A model generated the notes under the pieces. It searched no databases and was not told where the DNA came from. It worked only from the letters and a program-made list of their open reading frames with translations. This document shows positions 40,539-49,990 of a stretch of 64,000 nucleotides of DNA, piece by piece. Positions within the stretch are counted from its first letter, which is position 1; the number at the start of each line of letters is the position of its first letter. The DNA is from an uncultured Chloroflexia bacterium (GTDB lineage Bacteria > Chloroflexota > Anaerolineae > JAAYZQ01): the NCBI GenBank assembly GCA_963700285.1, contig CAVOXA010000001.1, positions 928,001-992,000 of the forward strand. Reading direction: 5' to 3'. The position numbers and the translations under genes were made by a program.

Positions 40539-41756
40539 ATGTCACCAATCGACGCGCTGGCACCGGGCAATCTCGAGATCTCACGGCGGGCGCAGGCGGT
40601 ACCCTGGTCGGGTATCCGGCACATGTTCGAGCTGGCGGCCAAGGTACCGGATGCCATCAGTCTCTCAGTTGGCCAGCCTGACTTTGACACGCCGGAACAC
40701 ATCGTTGACGCGGGCCAGAAGGCTCTGGCTGAGGGCTACACCCGCTATGCCCCTGCCCTAGGCCTGGCAGAGCTGCGGGAAGCCATCGCCGGCAAGGTCT
40801 GGCGGGATAACGGCATCGACATCGACCCCAAGAAGGGGGCGATCGTCACTGCCGGGGCCGTAGAGGGCCTGCTCCTGATCCTCATGGCCGTCCTGGATCC
40901 AGGCGCTGAGGTGATCTTGCCCGATCCCGGCTACACCAATTTTGAGGGGATCGTCCGCGTCATCAATGGCATGCCAGTGCGCGTGCCCGTCTACGAGGAG
41001 AACGGTTTCCGGCTGGAAGCCGTGGAGGTGGAGAAGGCCATCAGCGAGCGGACGCGGGTGATGATCGTCAACTCACCGGCCAACCCAACCGGCGCCGTGC
41101 TGCATCGGGCTGACCTGGAATCGTTGGCCGAGCTGGCGCTGCGCCACAATCTGTTGCTCATCTCGGACGAGGCCTACGAAGCCTTTCTTTATGATGATCT
41201 GGAGCACACCAGCATTGGATCTTTCCCCGGTGTGAAGGAACATGTGGCGTCGGTCTATACTCTGTCCAAGACCTATGCGATGACCGGCTGGCGCATCGCC
41301 TACGTGGTGGGCCCGCAGTGGCTGATCAATCAGATGCACAAGATGCAGGAAGACGTGGTATCGTGTGTGACGACCTTTGTGCAGCACGCCGCTGTTGCCG
41401 CCCTGGAGGGTCCCCAAGATTGCGTGCACCGCATGGTGGCTGAGTTTGACCGGCGGCGCAAGTTCATGGTTGAGGCTATCAACGAGATCGAAGGCATCCG
41501 CTGCCTAGAGCCCCAGGGGGCCTTCTACCTCTTCCCGAACATCTCTGCACTGGGGCGTTCCTCTTCTGATGTTGCGGTGTCCCTGCTGGAGACGAGCAAG
41601 GTTGTATGTGTGCCTGGGACCGCCTTTGGACCCCGGGGTGAAGGTTACCTGCGCATCTCCTACGGTGCTTCCATGGACGACCTGGAAGAGGGTGTCCGGC
41701 GCATCAGGGACGGAGTGAGACAGATTCAGTCGCTGGGTGCCACCGGGGGATCCTGA
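40539..41756 (+). CDS. Class I PLP aminotransferase (aspartate/aromatic type)
   Basis: GQPDF, NSPANPTG, SDEAY, SKTYAMTGWR, GAFY, LRISY. Confidence 0.92.
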   Translation: MSPIDALAPGNLEISRRAQAVPWSGIRHMFELAAKVPDAISLSVGQPDFDTPEHIVDAGQKALAEGYTRYAPALGLAELREAIAGKVWRDNGIDIDPKKGAIVTAGAVEGLLLILMAVLDPGAEVILPDPGYTNFEGIVRVINGMPVRVPVYEENGFRLEAVEVEKAISERTRVMIVNSPANPTGAVLHRADLESLAELALRHNLLLISDEAYEAFLYDDLEHTSIGSFPGVKEHVASVYTLSKTYAMTGWRIAYVVGPQWLINQMHKMQEDVVSCVTTFVQHAAVAALEGPQDCVHRMVAEFDRRRKFMVEAINEIEGIRCLEPQGAFYLFPNISALGRSSSDVAVSLLETSKVVCVPGTAFGPRGEGYLRISYGASMDDLEEGVRRIRDGVRQIQSLGATGGS

Positions 41757-43039
41757 TGGATAGAAAGACTACGATGACCGCTAAAGGCCCTGGCGATAGT
41801 TCTACGCGGGCCGTGGCCTCCATTCCCTGGCGGGCCTGGCACGGCGACGGGTGGCTGGAGTTGACCTTTCCGCGGGGCTGGCGTGTCCAGACCTACTGGC
41901 CGACCGGCGGGCCTGACATTGGGCAAGAGGGGATCGACAAGGCTTTCGATAATCCTATATCGACACCCAAGGTTGAGAAGTTGGTGCGGGGCAAAGACCG
42001 GATCTCGATCGCTGTGGATGATCTCTCTCGCCCGACGCCTGCCGCCCGCATCTTACCTACGCTTCTGCGCCGTTTGGAGGCGGGAGGCGCAAAGCTGGAC
42101 CGGATACACGTTGTACTCGCCATCGGCACACACCGCCCCATGTTGCGTGATGACATTGTCAAAAAGCTTGGGGCTGCCACAGTTGATCAGATTGAGGTAA
42201 GGAGCAACCATCCCTATGACAATCTTGTGGTGCTAGGTACCTCAGCCCGTGGAACGCCAGTCCATATCTGTCGCTACTTTGCTGAGGCAGATGTCAAGAT
42301 CGGTGTAGGTTCAATCGTACCGCACGGGGTGCCGGGCTTTGCGGGCGGGGCCAAGGTCGTAGCGCCTGGTGTTTGTGGTGTGGATACGATCGCGGCCCTG
42401 CACCAACCCGGTCGTCACAGGCTCGGGCTGGCAAAAATCGAGGACAACGACTTTCGCGCAGACATCGAACAGTTTGTTGGAGACCAGGTGGGACTGGACT
42501 GCATTGTCAATGCGGTACCCAACGCGACTCGCGAGATTGCCGGTCTCGTCGTGGGAGACATGATCGCTGCGCATCGCGCCGGGGTGGAACTCTCAAAGCG
42601 CGTCTGTGCAACCACCATGCCGCCCGAGCCGGTGGACGTTGCCATCTGCAACGCCTATCCCAAGGATTCTGACTTTCATCAGATTACGCACGCGCTCCAC
42701 GCGCTGCGCTCGTCGTCAGAACCGGTGGTCAAACCAGGGGGAACGGTCGTGCTCGTGAGCGCCAGTCCCGAGGGCTATGGATATCACGGCCTCTATGGCC
42801 CTGGCATGCGCTACGACCTCTCTCGCAAACGCGACAACCGGGCAAAGACACGGACACTGGGAGATGCCAGCCTTCTCTTCTTCTCACCTGGTCTCAGCCA
42901 AGTGGAGGCCCGAAAGACCTCGGCGGTCCGTAGTTGGGATCAGATCGTGGGACAGCTTCTAGAGCGACACAGTGGTCAAGCCACCGTGGCCGTATTCCCC
43001 TGTGGACCCATCCAGCTCGCAGAGGAGCGCCCGAAATGA
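41756..43039 (+). CDS. LarA-family nickel-pincer racemase/epimerase
   Basis: DDLSRPTP, GTHRP, PHGVPGFAGGAK, ALH, AYP. Confidence 0.85.
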   Translation: MDRKTTMTAKGPGDSSTRAVASIPWRAWHGDGWLELTFPRGWRVQTYWPTGGPDIGQEGIDKAFDNPISTPKVEKLVRGKDRISIAVDDLSRPTPAARILPTLLRRLEAGGAKLDRIHVVLAIGTHRPMLRDDIVKKLGAATVDQIEVRSNHPYDNLVVLGTSARGTPVHICRYFAEADVKIGVGSIVPHGVPGFAGGAKVVAPGVCGVDTIAALHQPGRHRLGLAKIEDNDFRADIEQFVGDQVGLDCIVNAVPNATREIAGLVVGDMIAAHRAGVELSKRVCATTMPPEPVDVAICNAYPKDSDFHQITHALHALRSSSEPVVKPGGTVVLVSASPEGYGYHGLYGPGMRYDLSRKRDNRAKTRTLGDASLLFFSPGLSQVEARKTSAVRSWDQIVGQLLERHSGQATVAVFPCGPIQLAEERPK

Positions 43040-43833
43040 GTACCATTCGCATTGGAGTGGCCCAGGTGCCACAGACACCAGACTTGGCGCGCAATCGCGA
43101 CAAGACGCTGGAGTATATGGACAAGGCAGTCGCGCAAGGAGTGGAACTGCTCTGTTTCCCGGAAACCCATCTGCCAGGTTATCGAGTAGGCATGCTTGCC
43201 GCCGGAGCTCCCTGCGATGAGTTGGGCCTGGCACAGGCCACAGAACAGATCGCGGCCACATGCCGGGAGTTCTCTATGGGTATGATCCTGGGTACCGAAA
43301 CGCCCAACCCTGGTGGGAAACCCTTCAACAGCGCCCTCGTTCTCGATCAGGATGGACAGCCCATCGCCCTCCATCACAAGTCCAAGCTGACGCCAAAGGA
43401 CACTTTCGCCTACTCGGCCGGCACATGCCCTACTTCTTTTCTCTTCAAGGGCATCGCTATGGGGCTGGTCATCTGCTACGAGGGTTTTCGCTTCCCCAGC
43501 ACGACACGGACGTTGGCCAAAGCCGGCGCTCAGATCGTGTTCCATCCCCAGTTCAACCATGTCCTGCCCGGGATGGCTTGGAAGCTACCGGTCCACGAAG
43601 CCTTGCTCGTGGCCCGCGCCGCAGAGAACACGCTCTATTTTGTCTCGGCCAACATGAGTCACCCGCGCAACAATTGCCGGTCCCTCATAGTTGCGCCCGA
43701 CGGTTTGATTCAGGAAGCTTCTGTCCTGGGGCAGGAGATGTTACTTGTCGCCGATCTGGATCCCGCACGGGCTACCCATGCCTTTCTTCACGACGACCCG
43801 GAGCAGACTGCAAAAGCCCTGGCAGAGATCTAG
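43036..43833 (+). CDS. Carbon-nitrogen hydrolase (nitrilase superfamily)
   Basis: Catalytic triad in FPE, HHK and ICYEG; RAAEN; ATGA overlap with the upstream gene. Confidence 0.9.
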   Translation: MSTIRIGVAQVPQTPDLARNRDKTLEYMDKAVAQGVELLCFPETHLPGYRVGMLAAGAPCDELGLAQATEQIAATCREFSMGMILGTETPNPGGKPFNSALVLDQDGQPIALHHKSKLTPKDTFAYSAGTCPTSFLFKGIAMGLVICYEGFRFPSTTRTLAKAGAQIVFHPQFNHVLPGMAWKLPVHEALLVARAAENTLYFVSANMSHPRNNCRSLIVAPDGLIQEASVLGQEMLLVADLDPARATHAFLHDDPEQTAKALAEI

Positions 43834-43900
43834 CATGTTGATGGCACACGCAAACTACCGCTGGCTTTGAGCCAAACAAAATAGCCCTCAGGAGGGCAGA

Positions 43901-45391
43901 ATGCGTATCGGAATTGGCAAAATCTCGCAAGAAACGAACACTTTTTCACCCGCCCTGACAGATCTGGATATGCTGCATGCGTTTGGCGTGTATCATGGCC
44001 AAGACGTTCTCGATGTCTCACACTGGAGCGAGTACATCCAGGGCTTCCTCGACGTGGTGGGTGATCAGGAACTGGTGGGCATTACCCACGTTACGGCACT
44101 ACCCTCGGGGCCTCTGACCGAGGCAGGCCTCGATGCGATTCTGGAGTGGTTTGACGAGGATCTGGAGAAGGCCCTTCCCCTGGACGGGCTCCTGCTTAGC
44201 ATGCATGGCGCCTTTGCCGCCCTTACTGATACAGATGTCGAAGGTTTGATTCTGCGGAAGGCGCGTGAGACCTTGGGACCTGGGGTGGCCATCGGAGTTG
44301 CTCTGGACCTCCATGCCAACATTTCCAGGCGCAAGATCGAGAATGCGGACGTGATCTATGGGCTGCACACGCATCCGCACATAGACAGCCGGGAGGTAGC
44401 ACAGAAGGTGGCGCGCGTGCTCCTTGCTGCGTTGCGCGGCGAGGTCAAACCGGTCATCAGTGCTGTCAAGATCCCACTCATCACGCCTGCTGAGACCCAA
44501 TTGAGCTACGAATCTCCCTTAAAGGATCTAATGGAAGCCACGCTGCGCCAGGAAGATGATGAACGGGTGCTCGCCTCTTCGGTATTCGCTGTGCAGCCCT
44601 GGATGGACATCCCGGAGATGGGCTGGTGCAGCGTCGTGGTGACCGATGGCGACCGGCTGCTTGCCGATCAGCTCGTCAGAGACCTAGCTGCCATGACCTG
44701 GGATCAGAGGGAAACCTACACGCGACCCTGCCCGACCTACCTTGAAGCCCTGGACGAAGCCTTTTCTACCGATCTTCAACCTGTGGTCATTTCGGACTTT
44801 GCCGACCTGATGACCGGTGGTGGTACAGGGGATTCTGTATGGTATCTGAAGGAGTTGCTGGCCCGTAATCCGTCGGAGCCCTGCTATATTACGATGGTCG
44901 ACGCTGAGGCGGCGCAACGCATGGCAGAGGCCGGCGCAGGAGCCGATGTCACGCTCATGCTGGGCGGAAAACTGGACAACATCTATTCCAGTCCTGTCCA
45001 GGTGCGGGGCACCATCCTGCGAGTGTTGCCCGTAGCGCCCGACCGAGCGCTGCCCAGCAGCATGGGTCTGACCTGCGTATTGAGAATTGGGAACATCTAT
45101 GTCGTCACTTTTGAGCGCCTGGGCATGGGCTCCGACCCAAGCATCTATGCCGATGCCGGTCTCGATCCCATGAAAGCCAAGATCGTCATTGCCAAATCTG
45201 TTGTCGATTGGCGTGAGGGCTACAAGGATGTGGGCAAGCTCTTTCTCCTGGGAGAGGCGCCCGGACTGGCACCGTCCAACTTGCGCTCGCTGGAGTGGAA
45301 AAAGGTCCCCCGACCCATCTTCCCCCTGGACCAGGGGATGGCTTGGGACAGCGCCAAGGCCGTGGCCTACCGAAGCGACCGGCGAGCTTGA
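43901..45391 (+). CDS. M81 family metallopeptidase (MlrC-like), paralog 3
   Basis: QETNTFS, MHGA, DLHAN, HPHID, QPWMD, PRPIFPLD. Confidence 0.88.
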   Translation: MRIGIGKISQETNTFSPALTDLDMLHAFGVYHGQDVLDVSHWSEYIQGFLDVVGDQELVGITHVTALPSGPLTEAGLDAILEWFDEDLEKALPLDGLLLSMHGAFAALTDTDVEGLILRKARETLGPGVAIGVALDLHANISRRKIENADVIYGLHTHPHIDSREVAQKVARVLLAALRGEVKPVISAVKIPLITPAETQLSYESPLKDLMEATLRQEDDERVLASSVFAVQPWMDIPEMGWCSVVVTDGDRLLADQLVRDLAAMTWDQRETYTRPCPTYLEALDEAFSTDLQPVVISDFADLMTGGGTGDSVWYLKELLARNPSEPCYITMVDAEAAQRMAEAGAGADVTLMLGGKLDNIYSSPVQVRGTILRVLPVAPDRALPSSMGLTCVLRIGNIYVVTFERLGMGSDPSIYADAGLDPMKAKIVIAKSVVDWREGYKDVGKLFLLGEAPGLAPSNLRSLEWKKVPRPIFPLDQGMAWDSAKAVAYRSDRRA

Positions 45392-45422
45392 AAGGCAACG
45401 GTCTATCAAAGGAGACTCGAGC

Positions 45423-46583
45423 ATGAAACAACGTGCGAAACTGATGATTCCCGGTCCGGTGGAAGTGGATCCACGCGTTCTCGAAGTGATGGGACGCCCC
45501 CTCGTGCCTCACTACGAGGCCGAGTTCGCCCAGATTCACGCCGAGACCATGGCCGCGGCAAAGGCTGTGTTTCGGACAACGGGCGATCTGTTCGTTCTCA
45601 TGGGCAGTGGGACCGCAGGACTGGAAGCCTGCCTGAGGGGGATCGCCGGAAATGGCGGGAAAATACTTGTCCTTGTCAATGGTGGCTTTGCCAGGCTGCT
45701 GTCCCGAATTGCAAGGACTTATACCGATCGGGTGGAGGAGGCAGAATTCCCAGACCGGGAACCGATCCCGCCCGAGGCGCTGGACCAGATTTTGGCAAAG
45801 GATCCGTCTGTGCGTTCTGTGGCCGTCGTGCACAGCGAGACGCACACCGGCCTGCTGAACCCAATCCAGGCTTACGGCGAGGTGTGTCGAGCCCACGATG
45901 CTATTCTCATGGTGGACGCCATCTCATCCTTGGGTGGAGCGCGCCTGGATATGGATGACTGGAAGATCGATCTCTGTGTTACGGCATCGCAGAAAGCACT
46001 CGGCGCCCCTCCGGGCTTCTGCCTCATTGCTGTGAATCCCCGCTGCTGGCCACTGATCGATGAGCGGAAGGGCGGCCCAGGGTACTACCTTAATCTCAGC
46101 GCGTGGCGCCAGAGGGCAGCCGAGTCGGCCGACTGGCACCCAACGCTTTCTACCGTCGCGGTCAGCAACTTTCTGGCCCTACGCGAGGCGCTAGAAATGG
46201 TCGCCGAGGAAGGCATGGAGAACCGACTGGTGCGCCATCAACGGGTGTCACTTCTCGTCAGACAGGCGATACGCAGCCTCGGGCTTGAGACGTACGTCGC
46301 CGACGCGTACGCCTCGCCTACACTTACGACGGTGATGCTGCCTGATGGGCTCAGTGCTCAAGATGCTCGCGACTATATCAAGGCCAAACATGGGATCATG
46401 GTTGGCGGTGCGTTTTTCGGAAGTGAGATGCAGGCGTTCCGCATCGGTCATATGGGGCCGCAGGCAACCGTGGAAAATGCTGTTGGCGTCCTCGTCGCAC
46501 TTGAAGGCTACCTCAGGCAGGCAGGCTGGAATGTCGAGGCCGGGCAATGCTTGGCCGGGGTCCAGCCGGAGCTACTGAGCTAG
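45423..46583 (+). CDS. Class V PLP aminotransferase (alanine/serine-glyoxylate, PucG-like)
   Basis: LMIPGP, GSGT, HSET, VDAISS, SQKALG, RIGHMG. Confidence 0.9.
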   Translation: MKQRAKLMIPGPVEVDPRVLEVMGRPLVPHYEAEFAQIHAETMAAAKAVFRTTGDLFVLMGSGTAGLEACLRGIAGNGGKILVLVNGGFARLLSRIARTYTDRVEEAEFPDREPIPPEALDQILAKDPSVRSVAVVHSETHTGLLNPIQAYGEVCRAHDAILMVDAISSLGGARLDMDDWKIDLCVTASQKALGAPPGFCLIAVNPRCWPLIDERKGGPGYYLNLSAWRQRAAESADWHPTLSTVAVSNFLALREALEMVAEEGMENRLVRHQRVSLLVRQAIRSLGLETYVADAYASPTLTTVMLPDGLSAQDARDYIKAKHGIMVGGAFFGSEMQAFRIGHMGPQATVENAVGVLVALEGYLRQAGWNVEAGQCLAGVQPELLS

Positions 46584-46673
46584 GTTGTGAAAACTGGCGC
46601 CATGGTGGGCCCTGCGCATCATGCGCGCTGACCCGGCTGAGGCTCGGGAAATGAGGATTGGCGGGAAGGATTT

Positions 46674-47909
46674 GTGACCGTGTCTAGACTGCGAACCAGC
46701 ATGTGGCTCTATCCCTGGGATGTGCAAGATGAGGGCATCGACTTTGTGCTGGGGAGTATTCAGGACCGCGCTGGCATCGGTGGCGTCAACCTGGCGGTGA
46801 GCTATCATTCTGGCATGTTCCTTCTGCCCCACAATCCCCGGCGCAAGGTCTACTACCCCCAGCCAGGTGTCTACTTTCAGCCGGACGCTGCGCGCTTTGC
46901 GGGCCTGGCCATGCAACCCATCGTTAACGATCTTGCCAGTACAGACCTGGTGGCGCGCCTGCGATGCGAGACGGCGCAGCGGGGTATGGCCCTCACTGCC
47001 TGGACAGTCTGCCTGCACAATACCGCTCTGGGCATTGCCTACCCCGAGAGCACCATGAAAAATGTCTTCGGCGATCGGCTTATTAGCCAGCTCTGTCCGG
47101 CAAATCCACACGCGCGAGCTTATGCCCTGGCCTTGTTGGGGGATCTGCTCAACCGCGAGCTGGAATCGGTGCTGGTCGAATCCCTGGAGTACATGTCGTT
47201 CCAACATGGCTATCATCACGAAGTGATCGGGGTGCCACTTACGCCCTTTATCTCCTGGCTGCTCGGGCTTTGCTTCTGTGAGCACTGCCAGCGAGGGGCG
47301 GAGGAATCTGGAGTTGATGTCAAAGCGGTGCTGGCCTTTGTCCGCCGGGAGATCGAATGGTTTTTCGCCGGGGGCTTGGAAGCTGGCCGCGAAGGGATTA
47401 CTTGGCCGGAGATCAGGGCCCTCGCGGGTGAGGAGCTGGGGGCCTTCCACCAGTTTCGCATCAGCACGGTGACCAGCCTCTACGGGGAGGTCCACGCCGC
47501 TAGGGCGCCTGGCGCCCGCACCTTGCTGGAAGTCTGTGACTTTGGCCCACTCTGGGGCCTGGGACCGGATGGTGCGGCCTGGGAGAGTGGCTTTGACATG
47601 GCAGCCACGGCCCGCTTTTTCAGTGGTCTGCATCCTTGTCCCTACTTTGTCGCGGTGGATCAGGTGAGAGACAAGATGGACGAGTACCGGTGCCTGGTAC
47701 CCAGGGGCATGCCGGTCTATCCTGCCATCCGGGCCATCCCTCCCCAGGTGGCAACCGCTGCGGATCTACAAGCCAAGATGGATGCCTGCCAGCCGCGGTC
47801 AGTAGCTGGGTTCAGCTTCTACAACTATGGCTTTGTGCGCTATAATGCGCTGGATTGGATCAAGGCAGCCCTGGCTGCACTGGAGGGCTTGACCGAACTC
47901 AAGATGTAG
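46674..47909 (+). CDS. Hypothetical protein, probable glycoside-hydrolase-like TIM barrel
   Basis: Intact 411-aa ORF in the operon; YPWD, SYH, PHNP, LCP, HGYHHE, CFCEHC, FYNYG. Confidence 0.55.
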   Translation: MTVSRLRTSMWLYPWDVQDEGIDFVLGSIQDRAGIGGVNLAVSYHSGMFLLPHNPRRKVYYPQPGVYFQPDAARFAGLAMQPIVNDLASTDLVARLRCETAQRGMALTAWTVCLHNTALGIAYPESTMKNVFGDRLISQLCPANPHARAYALALLGDLLNRELESVLVESLEYMSFQHGYHHEVIGVPLTPFISWLLGLCFCEHCQRGAEESGVDVKAVLAFVRREIEWFFAGGLEAGREGITWPEIRALAGEELGAFHQFRISTVTSLYGEVHAARAPGARTLLEVCDFGPLWGLGPDGAAWESGFDMAATARFFSGLHPCPYFVAVDQVRDKMDEYRCLVPRGMPVYPAIRAIPPQVATAADLQAKMDACQPRSVAGFSFYNYGFVRYNALDWIKAALAALEGLTELKM

Positions 47910-47958
47910 CCGGATGGTTGGCAGAGCCAACCACTACGAACCAGAAGGAGTCAAGAGT

Positions 47959-49977
47959 GTGAGAATCGAAGAGTATGGTTTTGACAGACCCCGCAGTGGG
48001 CTGGCTGTCACAGCTGATGAGGCAGCCAGCCTGGCCAGCCAGATCGGGTTCCCTGTCGCCCTAAAGATCATTTCGCCCGACATCCTGCACAAGACAGATA
48101 TGGGCGGGGTCGAGCTGGCGCTGGATTCTGAAGAGGCGGTGCGCGCTGCCTTTGGGCGCATCACAGCCCGTGCCAGCGAAGAGGCGCCAGAGGCTCAGAT
48201 CGAGGGTGTCGGCGTTGAGGAGATGATCCAGGAGGGTGTGGAGATCATTGTCGGGCTCATCAACGACCCCCAGTTCGGACCCACTATCATGTTCGGCCTG
48301 GGCGGGATCTTGACCGAGATCCTGGACGACGTCAGTTTTCGCGTCTTGCCCATCACGCCGGACGACGCGCGCAGTATGGTCAACGAGATCCAGGGCAAGC
48401 CCCTGCTTGACGGCTACCGGGGACAGGCGCCCGTGTCGGAGGACCTGCTGGTCGATTTGCTGATGAAGGCCAGCCGGATGGGGATGGATCTGGCTGGCAG
48501 GTTGGACTCTGTGGACCTGAACCCAATCGTCGTCTGGGGCGACCAGCACCGGGTTCTGGACGCCAAGGTACTGCTGGACGCTGGGGAGCGCTCCTACGAG
48601 GCCGCCAAGGCGAACACGGCCAATCTCGCGGCCTTTTTTCAGGCCAAGGCAGTCGCACTGGTCGGTGCCTCGTCCACGCCGGGCAAGATCGGCAACTCGG
48701 TACTGGACAGCCTGAGCCAACATGCGTACGAGGGCAATGTCTATCCTGTCAATCCGGTCCGAGACGAGATCATGGGCCTGCAGACCTATCCCAATCTGGC
48801 AGCGACGCCGGAGGATACCGAGTTGGTGGTGGCCGTCGTGGATCTTTTCCAGGTCCCGGTCCTGATCGAAGAGACCGCGGCCAAGGGCGTGCACAGCCTG
48901 GTGGTCGTCTCTGGCGGCGGAAAGGAACTGGGCGGTGAGCGGCAGGAGCTGGAAGCGCGTATCAAGGAACTCGCCACTCAGCTCGGCGTGCGGATCATCG
49001 GCCCAAATTGCATCGGTGTCTTTGACGGCGCGTCCCGGCTGGATACCTTCTTCCAGGTGCATGAGCGCATGGTCCGCCCCCCCAGCGGCAAGGTGGCCAT
49101 GACTACCCAGTCGGGAACGGTGGGCGCCGCCTTCCTGGAAGCGGCGACCTATGGCATGAGCAAGTTCGTCAGCTATGGCAACCGTGTCGATGTGGACGAG
49201 GCGGACCTGCTGGCCTACTTGGCCGACGACCCCAATACGGCCGTGATCGCCTGCTACGTCGAGGGCCTGGAACGGGGGCGCAAGTTCCTGGAGACGGCGC
49301 GCCAGGTAACGAAAAAGAAACCGGTGGTAATCTATAAGGCGGGGCGCAGCCAGCGGGGCGCTAGGGCTTCCATGTCTCACACCGGCTTTTTCGGCGGCAG
49401 CTACAAGGTCTGCCAGGGGGCCTTCCGGCAGGCAGGATTGATCGATGTAGATAGCCTGGAAGAGCTACAGGCCGCGGCCCAGGCCCTGGCCCTGCAGCCT
49501 GAGGCGCGGGGCCCGAGGCTGGCCATGATCTCCAACGGCGCGGGGACCATGGTCCAGGCTATGGACCTCATGAACGCGTACGGCCTGACAATGCACGATC
49601 TCGAGCCAGAGACGGTTGAGCGCCTGGAGGCGGTCTACCCCGGCTACTATATCGTGCAAAACCCGGTGGACGTCACCGGCTCGGCGACCAGCCAGGACTA
49701 CCGGCTGGGCATCGAAGCCCTCATCGAGGATCCCAACGTCGACGTCATCATGCCCTGGTTCGTCTTTCAGGACACGCCGCTGGATGAGGGGATCGTGGAA
49801 GCACTGGTGGAGCTGTCGGGCGCGAAACCAATCCTATGCGGAGCGATGGGAGGTCCCTATACGGTGAAAATGGGCCGGGAACTGGAGGCCCAGGGAGTGC
49901 CACTGGTGTATGGAGTGCGACCCTGGCTGGCTGCGGCCCGGGCAGTATCGTATCGAGCAAGCACACTAAACTTATAG
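47959..49977 (+). CDS. ADP-forming acyl-CoA ligase, single chain with ATP-grasp (beta) domain first and CoA-binding (alpha) domain second
   Basis: N-terminal GFPVALKI, HKTDMGGV, DLNP; C-terminal VGAS, GPNCIG, QSG, SHTG (phospho-His), NPVD. GTG at 47959 follows AAGGAG. Confidence 0.9.
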   Translation: MRIEEYGFDRPRSGLAVTADEAASLASQIGFPVALKIISPDILHKTDMGGVELALDSEEAVRAAFGRITARASEEAPEAQIEGVGVEEMIQEGVEIIVGLINDPQFGPTIMFGLGGILTEILDDVSFRVLPITPDDARSMVNEIQGKPLLDGYRGQAPVSEDLLVDLLMKASRMGMDLAGRLDSVDLNPIVVWGDQHRVLDAKVLLDAGERSYEAAKANTANLAAFFQAKAVALVGASSTPGKIGNSVLDSLSQHAYEGNVYPVNPVRDEIMGLQTYPNLAATPEDTELVVAVVDLFQVPVLIEETAAKGVHSLVVVSGGGKELGGERQELEARIKELATQLGVRIIGPNCIGVFDGASRLDTFFQVHERMVRPPSGKVAMTTQSGTVGAAFLEAATYGMSKFVSYGNRVDVDEADLLAYLADDPNTAVIACYVEGLERGRKFLETARQVTKKKPVVIYKAGRSQRGARASMSHTGFFGGSYKVCQGAFRQAGLIDVDSLEELQAAAQALALQPEARGPRLAMISNGAGTMVQAMDLMNAYGLTMHDLEPETVERLEAVYPGYYIVQNPVDVTGSATSQDYRLGIEALIEDPNVDVIMPWFVFQDTPLDEGIVEALVELSGAKPILCGAMGGPYTVKMGRELEAQGVPLVYGVRPWLAAARAVSYRASTLNL

Positions 49978-49990
49978 AGAGGAGACTATC

